Source: an uncultured Mailhella sp.
Lineage (GTDB): Bacteria; Desulfobacterota; Desulfovibrionia; Desulfovibrionales; Desulfovibrionaceae
NCBI GenBank assembly: GCA_964369875.1
Contig: CAYJHY010000001.1
Span: 1-51,295 of the forward strand
Direction of reading: 5' to 3'
DNA length: 51,295 nucleotides
Position numbers and translations under genes: made by a program. Below the pieces are notes generated by a model, which saw nothing but the letters and a program-made list of their open reading frames with translations, did no database searches and was not told where the DNA came from. Positions 7,919 to 18,886 of the stretch are shown here, in pieces (positions within the stretch are counted from its first letter, which is position 1; each line of letters starts with the position of its first letter).

Positions 7919-8350
7919 ATGAACAAACTATTACTAACCCGTGGAAATTCTTTTTCCTCAAAAAATGCTTGGCTCTATACTGTGTGCTTCCTCTTTGTAG
8001 CGGTCACCTGCCTTTTTCCTGAGCTTAGCTTAGCAGATACGACAGGTACAGGTACAACTACCGCAAAAGGTTTTGGCCAAATGGGCTTAACCATAAGCGA
8101 AAACACTAAAGGTATAGCCAAGGCTGTTGAATACCTCGGGTATACAGGTGGTGTCGGCAGCGCCGTTTGGGGTTGCTTTGATATGTATAACGCAGGCAAT
8201 GGCCGTGGTAACGCCACATACGCAGACGGAGGTAGAAAAATTATGATTGGCGCCGGTTTACTCGGCCTTTTTGCTCTTCTTGGTGCAGGTTCTGCCACTA
8301 TGTTTGGTACTGACAATGCTGCCGGTGGTTTGAAAGATTTAGGACTTTAA
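7919..8350 (+). CDS. IcmD/DotP (TraR-like) pilin-like membrane protein
   Basis: Signal-like N-terminus and two Gly-rich hydrophobic segments; operon position. Confidence 0.55.
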   Translation: MNKLLLTRGNSFSSKNAWLYTVCFLFVAVTCLFPELSLADTTGTGTTTAKGFGQMGLTISENTKGIAKAVEYLGYTGGVGSAVWGCFDMYNAGNGRGNATYADGGRKIMIGAGLLGLFALLGAGSATMFGTDNAAGGLKDLGL

Positions 8351-8369
8351 CATTACAAGGAGAAAAAGT

Positions 8370-9089
8370 ATGGGGCTTTTCACCAAAACAAATAAATCAA
8401 AAATCAATCCGACCAAAGAAGAAGTTCCTACTGTTTCTCCTTCTGACCAAACTCAAAAATTAGAAATAGAAGTAGACATTAAAAATCCTCTCGGTGGTAT
8501 CGCATGGTACCAAAAAAATTATTACCTAGCCATGAAATTTTCCTTTATGTTAGGTGTTTGTTTGCTTGTTTCCATTATGTTTTCAGTATTCCTTTATCTA
8601 ACACGTCCTACTCCGATATATTATGCCGTTACTCCCGATTTACGGATGTCTGAACTCACCCCTCTTAATCAGCCTGTGCTTACCGAACAAGGTTTGATTA
8701 ATTGGACAACTAATCTTGTTACCACTTCAATCTCCCTTGATTTTCTTGATTGGCGTGAAAAATTGCAAGCCGTTCGTCCCAATTATTCCGAAGAGGCCTT
8801 TGTAAGCTTTACCCGGTCAATGGCAAGCGCAGGTATTTTGGACATGATTCAAAAGAAACGCCTTAACCTTTCGACAGTTGTTAAACAAGCTCCTGTTATC
8901 ACCAATTCGGGAATGATTGATAATGCTCTTGCATGGAAAATTGAGTTTCCTGTTTTGCTTTCCTATGAATCCAGTGACGGTGTAGAGCTTACTCAAGAGT
9001 TACTGGCTGAAGTTATTGTGTCACGAGCATCCACAATCACTACACCTCGTGGTGTTATTATTAAGCAACTTGTTCTGAAAAGAGGATAA
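8370..9089 (+). CDS. dotI: DotI/IcmL (TraM, VirB8-like)
   Basis: Single TM followed by P.P.YYAVTPD...LTPLNQP and W..EFPV motifs. Confidence 0.9.
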   Translation: MGLFTKTNKSKINPTKEEVPTVSPSDQTQKLEIEVDIKNPLGGIAWYQKNYYLAMKFSFMLGVCLLVSIMFSVFLYLTRPTPIYYAVTPDLRMSELTPLNQPVLTEQGLINWTTNLVTTSISLDFLDWREKLQAVRPNYSEEAFVSFTRSMASAGILDMIQKKRLNLSTVVKQAPVITNSGMIDNALAWKIEFPVLLSYESSDGVELTQELLAEVIVSRASTITTPRGVIIKQLVLKRG

Positions 9090-9091
9090 CC

Positions 9092-12046
9092 ATGTTTAAT
9101 TTCATCGGAAATACTCTCAGAACATTTGAAGAAGTTTTTGGAACGCCTATTTATTCCTATTGTCGGCTTGTAACCGTGGAAGATAACGCCCTCGTGGCGG
9201 ATGACGGAAGCTATGTTTCACTGATAAAGGTTGAAGGCGCACTAAAGCATATTGGTGTCAGTGAATATACTACCATTGTCGAAATGTTGACCGAAAAGCT
9301 CAATTCGAGTTTAAGCCAAAACGGCCACCATATACAAGTTGTTTTTGAATACGATCCCGATAGTAGCAGAGCGCTCAATGCGCTTTATGAACCCATACAA
9401 AACTCCGCTAAAAACTTAGGAGTAGATATTGATGATTTGCTTATTTCGGGCAGAGATAAACTCAAACAGTATTGCTCTACGGAAAGTATGTATTTTACAC
9501 TTTGGACACATCCTGAAATTCTTCCCGAATCCATAAGAAAATCAGCCATACTTGAAAGAAATAAAAAAGCGGCTACCGTTCCAAATTTTGAATATTTTCA
9601 ACAAATCAATCGTGGTGTCAGTGCCATTATAGAACTTCATCATGGCTTTGTTACAGGAGTTCTTGAAGCCCTAAAATCCGTTGATTTGCTCGCTTTTTCC
9701 ATAAATGCTCGTGATGCTTTACGCATTATCCGCACATTTATTGAACCACATTCAACGGGAAAAGACTGGTCAGCTTTATTACCGGGGGATAAAATCCACA
9801 TACGCCCAAAAGAAGAGGATTCTTCTCCCAAGCGTGTTTTGGAAAATACGTATTATCCCGATTTGAAATCACAACTTTTTCCTCGTGAAGGAGAAATGTT
9901 CAACTCAACGACTATGGTCATAGGAGATAGGCTGTATAGCCCTCTTATGATGACGTTTATGCCTCAAAGTCCAACGCCATTTCAAGAATTTTACAGAATT
10001 ATTGCAAGAAAGCAGGACAGAATTCCTTATCGCATTTCATTTCTTCTTTCTCATGGCCATGCAAGCGGTGGATTACGCACAATATTGGCGTCCATTCTCT
10101 CCTTTACTTCTGCTGAAAATAAAAAACTGAACAATGCCATCGATAATCTCAAAGCCTTACAACTTGAAGGGATTTGTTGTGTCAACTATCAAATTTCTTT
10201 CACAACTTGGGTAGATTTACAAGAAAGCAGCCTTGATGAAGCAAAAAAAGAAATAAAACGCAGAAACTCGGAGCTTGCCAAAGCTGTGCAAGGATGGGGA
10301 ACCTGTGACGTTTCGGAAATTATAGGAGACCCTCTTTATGGCATATCGGCAACCGTTCCTGCTCTTATGCCCACGGCGCCCTCCCCTGTTACCATTGCAC
10401 CGTTGGAAGAAGCTATCGGCATGTTGCCTTTCCGCTCCGCTTCCCCTTGGAGGGACGGGTCTTTGATTTTCCGTACTCAGGACGGAAAAATCATTCCCTT
10501 TTTGCCAAATTCTTCTGAACAAACAGCATGGATAGATTTGGGAGTTGCTCCCATGGGCGGGGGGAAATCTGTATTTCTCAACGCTTTCAACTTTGCTTTT
10601 ATTTTTCAACCCGGGCTTTCAAGAATGCCATGGGTTTCTATTATTGATGTCGGCCCGTCCAGTTCAGGATTGATTACTTTGATAAAAGAATCATTGCCTG
10701 AAAACAAAAAGTATTTGGCGGCCTACCACCGCTTGCGTATGACTTCCGATTATTCGATAAATCCTTTTGATTTACCGCTTGGAAATCGAAAGCCTTTGCC
10801 CTCTCATTTGGCTTTTTTGGTGAATTTTCTGTCTCTTTTGGCCACACCGCTCACAGAAAATGCTCCTGCCGACGGTGTCCCCGGTCTTTTGCGTAGGGCG
10901 ATAGATTTAGCCTATGAAGAACTCATGGGATCGAGTGCAAAACTCTATCGTCGAAATGTAAATTTTGAAATAGACACCTTACTGTCTGACATAAATATGC
11001 CCATAGATATGTCCACCACATGGTGGGAAATTGTGGACTATCTCTTTACACACGGCTATTTCCACGAAGCGACCATGGCACAACGTTATGCAGTGCCTTT
11101 ACTCGGTGATGTGGTAGCACAAATAAACCAAAATGTCGGCATTACAAGCACTTATACCGATGACATGCGCAGAAATGTTTGGCGCTCTCTTATCGATGCC
11201 ATTGAAGCCTATATTGTATTGAAAGAGCCTACGCAGTTTGATTTGGGTGACGCACAAATTGTCAGTCTTGATCTTGATGAAGTCGCACCTCGTGGGGGTG
11301 CAACTTCCGACAGGCAAGCAGCCATCATGTATATGCTTGCCCGTCACATTTTAGGCGCACGCTTTTTCCTTATGCCCGAAGATGTGAAGCTTATGCCAAG
11401 CTTATATCAAAATTATCACGCTCAACGTATCGAAGCTATACGAGAAGATCCAAAGCGCTTTTGCTATGACGAAGCCCATCGTGTAACCCAAAATACTTCG
11501 GTGGCAGGACAATTACAAGCAGACTTGTCTACCATGTCAAGGGAAAGCCGTAAATGGAACTTGAGCATCGGTTTGTATACCCAATCTATAGAAGATTTAC
11601 CCGATATTATCATTGAACTTGCCACGACCATCACCGTTTTGGGGAGCGGTACAACGGAAAATATAAAAATGTTGCAACAACGTTTTGGACTCAACGGTGC
11701 TTGCACGCACGCTCTCGATCGACTTGGAAAACCGGGGGCGGCAGGTTCGAACTTTGTGGGTCTATTCCGAACAGGCAACGGGCTTTCACAACTTATTTTA
11801 TCCCTAACCATTTCTTCCCATGCGCTTTGGGCATTTTCCACCACAACCGAAGATGTCAGTATCCGCAATAAACTTTATAAACTTTTTTCTGCAACAAAAG
11901 CGCTAAAAATCTTGGCCGAAAAATTCCCCGGTGGTTCTGCAAAAAGTGAAGTGGAAAGAAGAAAATCCTTGGTGGGTGACTCCTCAATGGCTGAAGACGC
12001 GCCTGTGAATATTATTAATAACATTGTAGAAGAATTGGTAGGTTAA
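9092..12046 (+). CDS. dotO: DotO/IcmB (TraU, VirB4-like) ATPase
   Basis: LVADDGS N-terminus, Walker A APMGGGKS, IIDVGPSS, INPFD, YDEAHR, RESRKW, WAFSTT. Confidence 0.92.
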   Translation: MFNFIGNTLRTFEEVFGTPIYSYCRLVTVEDNALVADDGSYVSLIKVEGALKHIGVSEYTTIVEMLTEKLNSSLSQNGHHIQVVFEYDPDSSRALNALYEPIQNSAKNLGVDIDDLLISGRDKLKQYCSTESMYFTLWTHPEILPESIRKSAILERNKKAATVPNFEYFQQINRGVSAIIELHHGFVTGVLEALKSVDLLAFSINARDALRIIRTFIEPHSTGKDWSALLPGDKIHIRPKEEDSSPKRVLENTYYPDLKSQLFPREGEMFNSTTMVIGDRLYSPLMMTFMPQSPTPFQEFYRIIARKQDRIPYRISFLLSHGHASGGLRTILASILSFTSAENKKLNNAIDNLKALQLEGICCVNYQISFTTWVDLQESSLDEAKKEIKRRNSELAKAVQGWGTCDVSEIIGDPLYGISATVPALMPTAPSPVTIAPLEEAIGMLPFRSASPWRDGSLIFRTQDGKIIPFLPNSSEQTAWIDLGVAPMGGGKSVFLNAFNFAFIFQPGLSRMPWVSIIDVGPSSSGLITLIKESLPENKKYLAAYHRLRMTSDYSINPFDLPLGNRKPLPSHLAFLVNFLSLLATPLTENAPADGVPGLLRRAIDLAYEELMGSSAKLYRRNVNFEIDTLLSDINMPIDMSTTWWEIVDYLFTHGYFHEATMAQRYAVPLLGDVVAQINQNVGITSTYTDDMRRNVWRSLIDAIEAYIVLKEPTQFDLGDAQIVSLDLDEVAPRGGATSDRQAAIMYMLARHILGARFFLMPEDVKLMPSLYQNYHAQRIEAIREDPKRFCYDEAHRVTQNTSVAGQLQADLSTMSRESRKWNLSIGLYTQSIEDLPDIIIELATTITVLGSGTTENIKMLQQRFGLNGACTHALDRLGKPGAAGSNFVGLFRTGNGLSQLILSLTISSHALWAFSTTTEDVSIRNKLYKLFSATKALKILAEKFPGGSAKSEVERRKSLVGDSSMAEDAPVNIINNIVEELVG

Positions 12047-12047
12047 C

Positions 12048-13145
12048 ATGAGAAATACACTATGGTTTACGCTGGCTTTACTTTCGATTTCACCCTCGGT
12101 ATACGCCGCCGGATGTAACTGTGGTTCAGTCAACGCCATCGTTGCAAACCATACATCACAGGCAGTCAGTCAAATTAATGCCAATACCGATATGCAAGCC
12201 GAAATGCTCAAAGTAGAAATCAATAATGCGGCCAGAAATATTATCGGTACGTTACAAACCCAAACCAAAAGTATTGTTTCGGCCATTCAGTTACTCAAAG
12301 AAGATATACATCAAACCGTCAAATCAACCTCTGTGGCCGAAGAACTCATCAGAGTTGAAGAAATTTATGGCGACACCTCACAATCGGAACTTCTTTGCGG
12401 TGGTTCCAATGTTGGCGCAGGCATGCAAATTGCCGAACAAGCCTCAGAAATTTTACACAGCGGTTTGCGTGAAAAGCAAATCAATTACAGCAATAACCCA
12501 AATTCATCTTCTATTGAATTTATTGAACGAATTCTTGCAGATAATCATCCAAAAATTGAAGAAATGGTAACTTCCATGTCACCAGTCAACCATACCCTTA
12601 CGGCCGAAGAGGTGACCAAAGCCAATGAAACCATTAAAACCATTGCCCATCCTTTTCCGCTTCCTGTGCCTACAGAGGAACAAGCAAAAACCCTCGCAGG
12701 TGAAAACTATACAGTAGCTCGTACTCGAGAAGAGGGTCAACGAGCTCTTGCCATGGATGCGCTCAATCATAATGTGGCTTTCCACTCTCCCACTCTTCCT
12801 ACCGATGTAACCGCATGGGCACAAGAACAATGGAAAAACGCAGGCGGAACAGGGGAAGTTCCCGGCTTGGTGAACGGTAAAATGTCTCAGGCTGGACTCT
12901 TTGCTCTGTTGTCACAGCTACGAAGTGCAAATCCCAACTGGGTAGCCAATTTAAGTAAGATGACAGAAATCGCTGTTGCCCGTGAACAACTTTTTATTGA
13001 CGCACTTCACCTTGAAATACAGCGTAAAAATAACGAACTTCTCAATCGATTGGTTGTCCTTGCGTCTTTACAATACATCAAGGCTTTAGACAAGGACACC
13101 GAAGCAAAAGACGTTTATCAAAATATGATTTCACAAGATTATTAA
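12048..13145 (+). CDS. TraW/IcmX-like exported protein
   Basis: Signal peptide, Cys-containing helical protein located between the TraU and TraY homologues. Confidence 0.5.
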   Translation: MRNTLWFTLALLSISPSVYAAGCNCGSVNAIVANHTSQAVSQINANTDMQAEMLKVEINNAARNIIGTLQTQTKSIVSAIQLLKEDIHQTVKSTSVAEELIRVEEIYGDTSQSELLCGGSNVGAGMQIAEQASEILHSGLREKQINYSNNPNSSSIEFIERILADNHPKIEEMVTSMSPVNHTLTAEEVTKANETIKTIAHPFPLPVPTEEQAKTLAGENYTVARTREEGQRALAMDALNHNVAFHSPTLPTDVTAWAQEQWKNAGGTGEVPGLVNGKMSQAGLFALLSQLRSANPNWVANLSKMTEIAVAREQLFIDALHLEIQRKNNELLNRLVVLASLQYIKALDKDTEAKDVYQNMISQDY

Positions 13146-13158
13146 GCAGGGATGAAGT

Positions 13159-15198
13159 ATGCCATTACCAACTACATTAGCTTTACCTGCCAACGATCAA
13201 AGTAAATTACTGCTTGATAATTTATTCGGCCTGAACTGGTCGGAATGGGGCACGGGTTCACTGGCAGGAGCAGACGGTACAAGCACAAATTTAATGTTTC
13301 AAATTTTTGAAACGTTTAATGCCATTGCCTTGGCAGTAATTGCCGGACTTTTTATTTTTACGACCGTTATTGCTGTCGTGGGTACAGCCCATGAAGGTTC
13401 CCCTATGGGGAAAAAATATAACGCATTTTGGATGCCTGTACGCTTTGTCTTATCTGTCGCAAGTCTGGCGCCCATTTTCAAAGGCCTTTCCTTATTCCAA
13501 GTTGTTATCTTAGCTTGCATTGGCGGGTCAATAACTTTGAGTAACCATGTTTATGCCTTGGGCAATAATTTCTATGTAAAACATACGGGAGAATTTGAAG
13601 TTCAACCTCTGACATACAATGAGCATCTGAGAAATGTTAATAACGACATTGTAAAAAGCTTAGCGTTACAAGCATACCTTAAAAATGAGCGTAAAGCCGA
13701 ACAATTACAAATCGGCAGTCCCGACAACTGGAAATATGTCCATCATACAAAATGGTTGGGAACATTCAAAAAAAGTACAGGATACTGGAGATATACTTTT
13801 AGCGGCCCCAAAGGAAGATCGTACGATACCATAGGACAAATCAAAGTTCATTGTTTATCTGAAAATGAACAAGCTATGAAGTTATGTCAGAAGAAAAAAG
13901 AGGCGATTACCAATACTATCAGAACTCTCATGATACCTGCCTCTTTTTTAGCGACCCCCAAGTGGTCGATTGACCATATAACTCCCAATTTTCTGGATAC
14001 AAGCGAAAAACAGCTATCCGCAGACACTTTAACGGCTGTCAACGAGTATATTAATACCGACCAAAATTTTAAACATAAATTGACCTCTTATAAAGAAGTA
14101 ACCGACGATTTCGGTTGGGTGGTGGCAGGAGCAACCTACTGGGCAATATCTTGGATTAATCAAGAAACAAAATCACTCATGAACGCCAACATCGAAAGCA
14201 GTGTTTACCTCAATGCCGAAGATGATTTCCACAGATATGTTCACCGACTTCCCGAAGGTGGGGCTATAGTCAAAAGAGTAAACAATTATGTCGCCAGTGC
14301 ATACAGTCCCCAAAAAGAAGTTGCAGACTTAAATACGTACAGTGAAAGTGAGGGGTTTTGGTCTGGGATTTTTGGATATCTTACCGAACATTTGGGAGAA
14401 ATTTCAATTCCGTATATTGTTACAAAGCTAACAACCAATGACCCTGTAATGTTCTTGTCCGACGTTGGAAACATCATGGTTAATATCGCTACGGGATTAT
14501 TTACCTTTATCTTCACAGTATCCGTTTTTTCCGGCCCATTTGGTCAAGCAGCCGCAAGTTTCGGCTTGTTTGCTATGTGTACTCCACTTTTTTTATACGG
14601 GATTTACTTGGCTTTCTGGTTGCCTGCCATTCCTTTTATTCGTTGGATGGCCGGCATTTTGGGATGGCTTATTTTGGTAATCGAAGCTCTGATTGCAGCC
14701 CCTCTTTGGGTTGTTGCGCATGCCTTGCCCGATGGGGATGGTTTTGCAGGCAACCACGCAAGACGGGGCTACTTTCTTCTTTTTGCTATCGTTATACGCC
14801 CCTCTCTTATGGTCGCAGGCTTTTTTATTGCAGTCACAATGATTAACGCAATCGGTATGTTTTTGGGAACTATTTTTTCTTTTGTCTTTAATACTCTCCC
14901 CGATTATGCAGACGGCCTTATCGGAACCATTTGTTTTATTGTTATTATCGGAACAATAATCGTTATGTCCGCCAATAAAATTTTTGGTCTTATTACCTGG
15001 CTTCCCGACAATGTCAGTAACTGGATTGGCCAACAGCTTCATTCGCTTGGTGAAGACAGAGATATTGATGTTGCCAAAGGAGCGTTTTCAAGCAGTACCA
15101 ATGTGCTCACATCTGTAAAACCCGGTGCTTCCCAAGTTGGGTTGAAATTTGGATTTAGAAGAAATGCAAACAGTCCAAATGAAGACAAACTGAAATAA
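13159..15198 (+). CDS. dotA: DotA/TraY polytopic membrane protein
   Basis: GTAHEG..MG...W.PVR, GW..AG, LP.IPFI.W, EALIAAPLW, RPSLMV. Confidence 0.92.
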   Translation: MPLPTTLALPANDQSKLLLDNLFGLNWSEWGTGSLAGADGTSTNLMFQIFETFNAIALAVIAGLFIFTTVIAVVGTAHEGSPMGKKYNAFWMPVRFVLSVASLAPIFKGLSLFQVVILACIGGSITLSNHVYALGNNFYVKHTGEFEVQPLTYNEHLRNVNNDIVKSLALQAYLKNERKAEQLQIGSPDNWKYVHHTKWLGTFKKSTGYWRYTFSGPKGRSYDTIGQIKVHCLSENEQAMKLCQKKKEAITNTIRTLMIPASFLATPKWSIDHITPNFLDTSEKQLSADTLTAVNEYINTDQNFKHKLTSYKEVTDDFGWVVAGATYWAISWINQETKSLMNANIESSVYLNAEDDFHRYVHRLPEGGAIVKRVNNYVASAYSPQKEVADLNTYSESEGFWSGIFGYLTEHLGEISIPYIVTKLTTNDPVMFLSDVGNIMVNIATGLFTFIFTVSVFSGPFGQAAASFGLFAMCTPLFLYGIYLAFWLPAIPFIRWMAGILGWLILVIEALIAAPLWVVAHALPDGDGFAGNHARRGYFLLFAIVIRPSLMVAGFFIAVTMINAIGMFLGTIFSFVFNTLPDYADGLIGTICFIVIIGTIIVMSANKIFGLITWLPDNVSNWIGQQLHSLGEDRDIDVAKGAFSSSTNVLTSVKPGASQVGLKFGFRRNANSPNEDKLK

Positions 15199-15227
15199 TA
15201 CTTTCATGCCCAATAATCGGAGCTCAC

Positions 15228-15680
15228 ATGTTTAAAAAAATAAAATCTTTTTTTCAAATAAAAACGAACGATACAACAGAAAATATCGTTCAAGCAAACA
15301 CCGTGCTACGACACAGATTCAACAATTTACTCCGTGGCAGAAAGACAAACCAAGATATATTGAATAGAAATTTCACTGTGGTTCTCCGTAAATGGGGAAT
15401 AACAGAAAATGAAATTGCACAGGTTTGTAAAGATTTAACGGCCAGAGTCTACTTATATATATTTGTCCTTTTGATAGCTGTGATTCTCTTTCTCGATAAA
15501 TCCTTCTTCCTCGGTGCACTGCTTTTGCTCTGTGTATTTTTTGGAATCAGCACCACTTTATGGCGCAAATTTGTTCTAAAGAACAAACACTTTATAAGCT
15601 ATTGGCAATATCTTGGATTTCCTGTTTTGCAAAAGAAAAGAGATAAAATAAAAGACACAACCCCCTCATATAAAAAATAA
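15228..15680 (+). CDS. IcmV/TraX-like membrane protein
   Basis: F...L..WGITE followed by two TMs; adjacent to dotA. Confidence 0.55.
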   Translation: MFKKIKSFFQIKTNDTTENIVQANTVLRHRFNNLLRGRKTNQDILNRNFTVVLRKWGITENEIAQVCKDLTARVYLYIFVLLIAVILFLDKSFFLGALLLLCVFFGISTTLWRKFVLKNKHFISYWQYLGFPVLQKKRDKIKDTTPSYKK

Positions 15681-15709
15681 AAATATTTCAAATCCTACTT
15701 GGAGGAAAC

Positions 15710-16192
15710 ATGAACTTTTCGAATAGTTTCAAACTATTACTACTTGCCACATTAACATTAAGTGCCGTTGCTTGCTCGGGTAAACGTAACAAATCTACTG
15801 AGATGGAACACGATTTACCGATTAATGAATTTGTGGAACAACAACTTGGAAAAGCCATAGAACAAGCTCATTCCGAACTTGCAACCCTATCGGAACTGAG
15901 AGGAAAAGGGGTGAATGTACTTATTCCCCCACCCGATCCAAAACTTGGTCAAAAACTTGATTCACAATGGACAGGCTCGGCAACCGATATTATCAAAAGC
16001 ATTTGTCTCAATGTTGGGTACGGCTTTAGACAAATCGGCACAACCGCCCAAGAAATCCCTGTCGTTGTCCATGCAAAATCAACATCGGCTTACGAGATTT
16101 TAGAAGATATTGCCTTGCAAATCCAACCTAAAGCCTACCTAAAAGTTGATACCATAAGCCAAATTATCACCCTTGCTTATCCCTCAAACTAA
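15710..16192 (+). CDS. dotD: DotD/TraH lipoprotein
   Basis: Lipobox AVAC; W.G......I...VGY and L.DI..Q motifs. Confidence 0.85.
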   Translation: MNFSNSFKLLLLATLTLSAVACSGKRNKSTEMEHDLPINEFVEQQLGKAIEQAHSELATLSELRGKGVNVLIPPPDPKLGQKLDSQWTGSATDIIKSICLNVGYGFRQIGTTAQEIPVVVHAKSTSAYEILEDIALQIQPKAYLKVDTISQIITLAYPSN

Positions 16193-16202
16193 GGAGCTGA
16201 CA

Positions 16203-17153
16203 ATGAATTTTTTACAGAAAAAACTTTGTCTTGCCTTGCTTTGTTTGAGTGTTATGGCCACGGCTTGCGCAAAAAAAGCACCGCTTGAACAAGCCAATTC
16301 CGTACCTTCTCAACAGTTAGAGGAAAAGGAGGCTACCAAGCCAAGCGACAAACAAAGCGAAATCGGCAACGCTCTTGTTACTGTTCCCGAACCTTATGTA
16401 ATTATCATTAATAGCGATACGCAAAAACTCAAGGGTGAAAAATCAGATCCTACAGAATTGAAAAAGCTACTGAGCTTGAAAAATTCCTATGTTGTACAAA
16501 GCACTGTCAACTTGCTACGTCCCCAAGCCATTAAAGATGCCGCTCAACTTGTTGCCATACAAACGGCTATGAAATGGCGCTATGAACAACTGTTACGCGA
16601 GGCAGACCGCTATGCTCATTTGCTTGACACAGCCTTTAATTTTGTTCCTCTCCTGATGGTAAGCGACCAAAAAATAATGGTCATGCCTCCTATTTTGACA
16701 AAGGCCGATGATGCCATGCGTATTGAAAATAATAATTTGGTAACGACTTCAAAAACCACCTATGAAATTCTAGAGAAAGCTAAATATGTGTCCAATATTC
16801 CCAACTGGCGAGTATACATGATGGTGAATGCTTTTCCAGAACCCGAACAACCAAATCCCGCTGTTCTCCCTCAAAATCCTAAAGAAATGATTTTATGGCA
16901 AGTTGCCATCCGTGAAGCATGGAAGGACGGCATTATAAAAGCAAATGAACTTTTTAGCGCAAACCTTGGCCGACTTGTGCGTGATTATAAGGGTATAACG
17001 CTTTATCATATTTTGGTCGCACAAAATTATCTTTCACAGTTCACCATGTCGTCATCACCTGCGAGCACCAATATCACTGCTAATAAGATGTTTTTGGAGC
17101 AGAAAGTTTTCCGCATTACGCAACCCTCAAGATTTCAATCACCTAACAAATAA
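16203..17153 (+). CDS. dotC: DotC/TraI lipoprotein
   Basis: Lipobox ATAC; FNF.PL, PP, PNWR.Y, W..G...A, L.RDY.G; AAGGAG RBS before 16203. Confidence 0.88.
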   Translation: MNFLQKKLCLALLCLSVMATACAKKAPLEQANSVPSQQLEEKEATKPSDKQSEIGNALVTVPEPYVIIINSDTQKLKGEKSDPTELKKLLSLKNSYVVQSTVNLLRPQAIKDAAQLVAIQTAMKWRYEQLLREADRYAHLLDTAFNFVPLLMVSDQKIMVMPPILTKADDAMRIENNNLVTTSKTTYEILEKAKYVSNIPNWRVYMMVNAFPEPEQPNPAVLPQNPKEMILWQVAIREAWKDGIIKANELFSANLGRLVRDYKGITLYHILVAQNYLSQFTMSSSPASTNITANKMFLEQKVFRITQPSRFQSPNK

Positions 17154-17166
17154 AGAGGGATGTGTC

Positions 17167-18279
17167 TTGATATATAATGAAGAACCGAAAATTCGTTGGT
17201 CGGCAAAAGACTTCGACGCCCTTTTACTTTGGGGAACAAAACAAGGCATGAGCGACTTAAGCCTCAGTTCGGGGAATTTTGCATGGATGCGTGTGCATGG
17301 CACATGGATCAAAATTTCCGAACGCACTATCAGCTTAGATGACCTTATTTATGCTCTTGAATCATTCACCAATAATAAGTCCATCGGTGCGGCCTTACAA
17401 TCGGGTAAGAAAGATTATGATTTTGCATACCATGTGGAAGAAACTCGAGGAGTGCGTCACCGTTTTCGTGGTAATGCAAGCCCCATTGCCTACGGCTATA
17501 TTACAGGAGTAAGGATTATTTTCCGTGTGGTTGCTCCCGAACCTGCTTATATTTCAAAATTAAATCTTGAACGTGAAATCTTGGAAAATGCTTTTCCAAA
17601 CAACGGTCTTGTTTTGGTAACGGGAGTGATGGGCAGCGGTAAGTCCACTACCCTTTCGGGCATCTTGCGTGAAATTATAGAAATCGGCGGTAGGCATGTT
17701 CTCACCTATGAATCGCCAATTGAAAGCGATTTATCGACCATAAAAAATCCTAACGGCCCGGTAACACAAAGTAACATCCCCTTTCACTTTGAAGATTTTT
17801 CAAGTGCTGTAAGAAACTCGACACGCTCTGCCCCCGATGTGGTGCTTATCGGTGAATCACGAGACCCTGAAACACTTAGGGGCATGATTGAGTCTGCTGA
17901 AATTGGGGTTGCCGCTTATTCAACCGTGCATACTCGTTCAGTCCCCGAAACAATATCAAGAATTTTGAATGTGTTTCCCTATGCTGAACAAAGACAAATC
18001 AGCGCAACCCTTATATCGTCTTTACGGCTTATCATCTCCCAGCGCCTGCTTCCAAATCCTAAAGGCGGACGGATTGCTTTGCGTGAATTTTTAGCTTTCA
18101 CACCCGAAATCAGAGAAATTCTTCTCAGAACCGCCATAGAGGATTTAATTGAAAAAACCGAAGAACAACTCTTCCTCCACGGGCAGACAATCCAAAAAGC
18201 GGCGGAACATGCATTTCATCAAGGCGACTTACTGGAACACGACTATTACGCCATTTTGGCCGAACGAAAACAATCATAA
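17167..18279 (+). CDS. dotB: DotB/TraJ PilT-like ATPase
   Basis: Walker A GVMGSGKST, TYESPIE, IGESRD, STVH, ALREFL; TTG start with GAGG RBS. Confidence 0.93.
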   Translation: MIYNEEPKIRWSAKDFDALLLWGTKQGMSDLSLSSGNFAWMRVHGTWIKISERTISLDDLIYALESFTNNKSIGAALQSGKKDYDFAYHVEETRGVRHRFRGNASPIAYGYITGVRIIFRVVAPEPAYISKLNLEREILENAFPNNGLVLVTGVMGSGKSTTLSGILREIIEIGGRHVLTYESPIESDLSTIKNPNGPVTQSNIPFHFEDFSSAVRNSTRSAPDVVLIGESRDPETLRGMIESAEIGVAAYSTVHTRSVPETISRILNVFPYAEQRQISATLISSLRLIISQRLLPNPKGGRIALREFLAFTPEIREILLRTAIEDLIEKTEEQLFLHGQTIQKAAEHAFHQGDLLEHDYYAILAERKQS

Positions 18280-18295
18280 ATTAAGGAAGTAACTC

Positions 18296-18589
18296 ATGGC
18301 AAAAGACTTTTTAGAAGTATTTCACATTCGTAATTACACGCATAACAATGAACCAAAATCACATTGGACACGCATCGGCACCGCTTTTCAAAATGAAAAA
18401 GACGGCTCTTATAATGTACTGCTTGACCTTCTGCCCTTACCCGAACCCCAAAGCGGAAAAATAAAACTTCACATGCGTCTGCCACGACCTAAAGACGGAA
18501 CACCGGACGAGGCCATGGGCAATAATTCGGGAATGGATGAAATGTTTTCCATTGCAAACTCCGATTATCCCTATGGAGATGATTTATAA
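18296..18589 (+). CDS. Small conserved-looking protein, possible ssDNA-binding protein with an acidic tail
   Basis: WTRIGTAF...DGSYNVLLD.LP core, flexible linker and C-terminal DYPYGDDL. Confidence 0.55.
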   Translation: MAKDFLEVFHIRNYTHNNEPKSHWTRIGTAFQNEKDGSYNVLLDLLPLPEPQSGKIKLHMRLPRPKDGTPDEAMGNNSGMDEMFSIANSDYPYGDDL

Positions 18590-18864
18590 TGCAAGCCCAA
18601 CTCTTATGGCGTAACTCCGTTATTTACCCCAAACTCTTTTTCTTGGATGCAAGGGCAATATTCCCCATCATGCTTTTTATTTTGCACTGGGCATATTGGA
18701 CGCTCGCCCTTGCCTTCCTCTGTATAGCCGTTCTTATTTTCCTTGAAAAACGCGGTCTTAATGCCTTAGTCGGGCTTCGCTTTCTCAAGCTCTTTGTTCT
18801 CAATGGTAAAAAAAGAAGAACACGCATAAATGAAGCAATTATCAGAAAAAGATGTCGCTGGTAA
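18589..18864 (+). CDS. icmT: IcmT (IncI TraK-like) membrane protein
   Basis: WRNS...PKLFFLDARA.FP...LH...WT motif. Confidence 0.88.
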   Translation: MQAQLLWRNSVIYPKLFFLDARAIFPIMLFILHWAYWTLALAFLCIAVLIFLEKRGLNALVGLRFLKLFVLNGKKRRTRINEAIIRKRCRW

Positions 18865-18886
18865 CCATTATAAAAAGGAAATAAAC

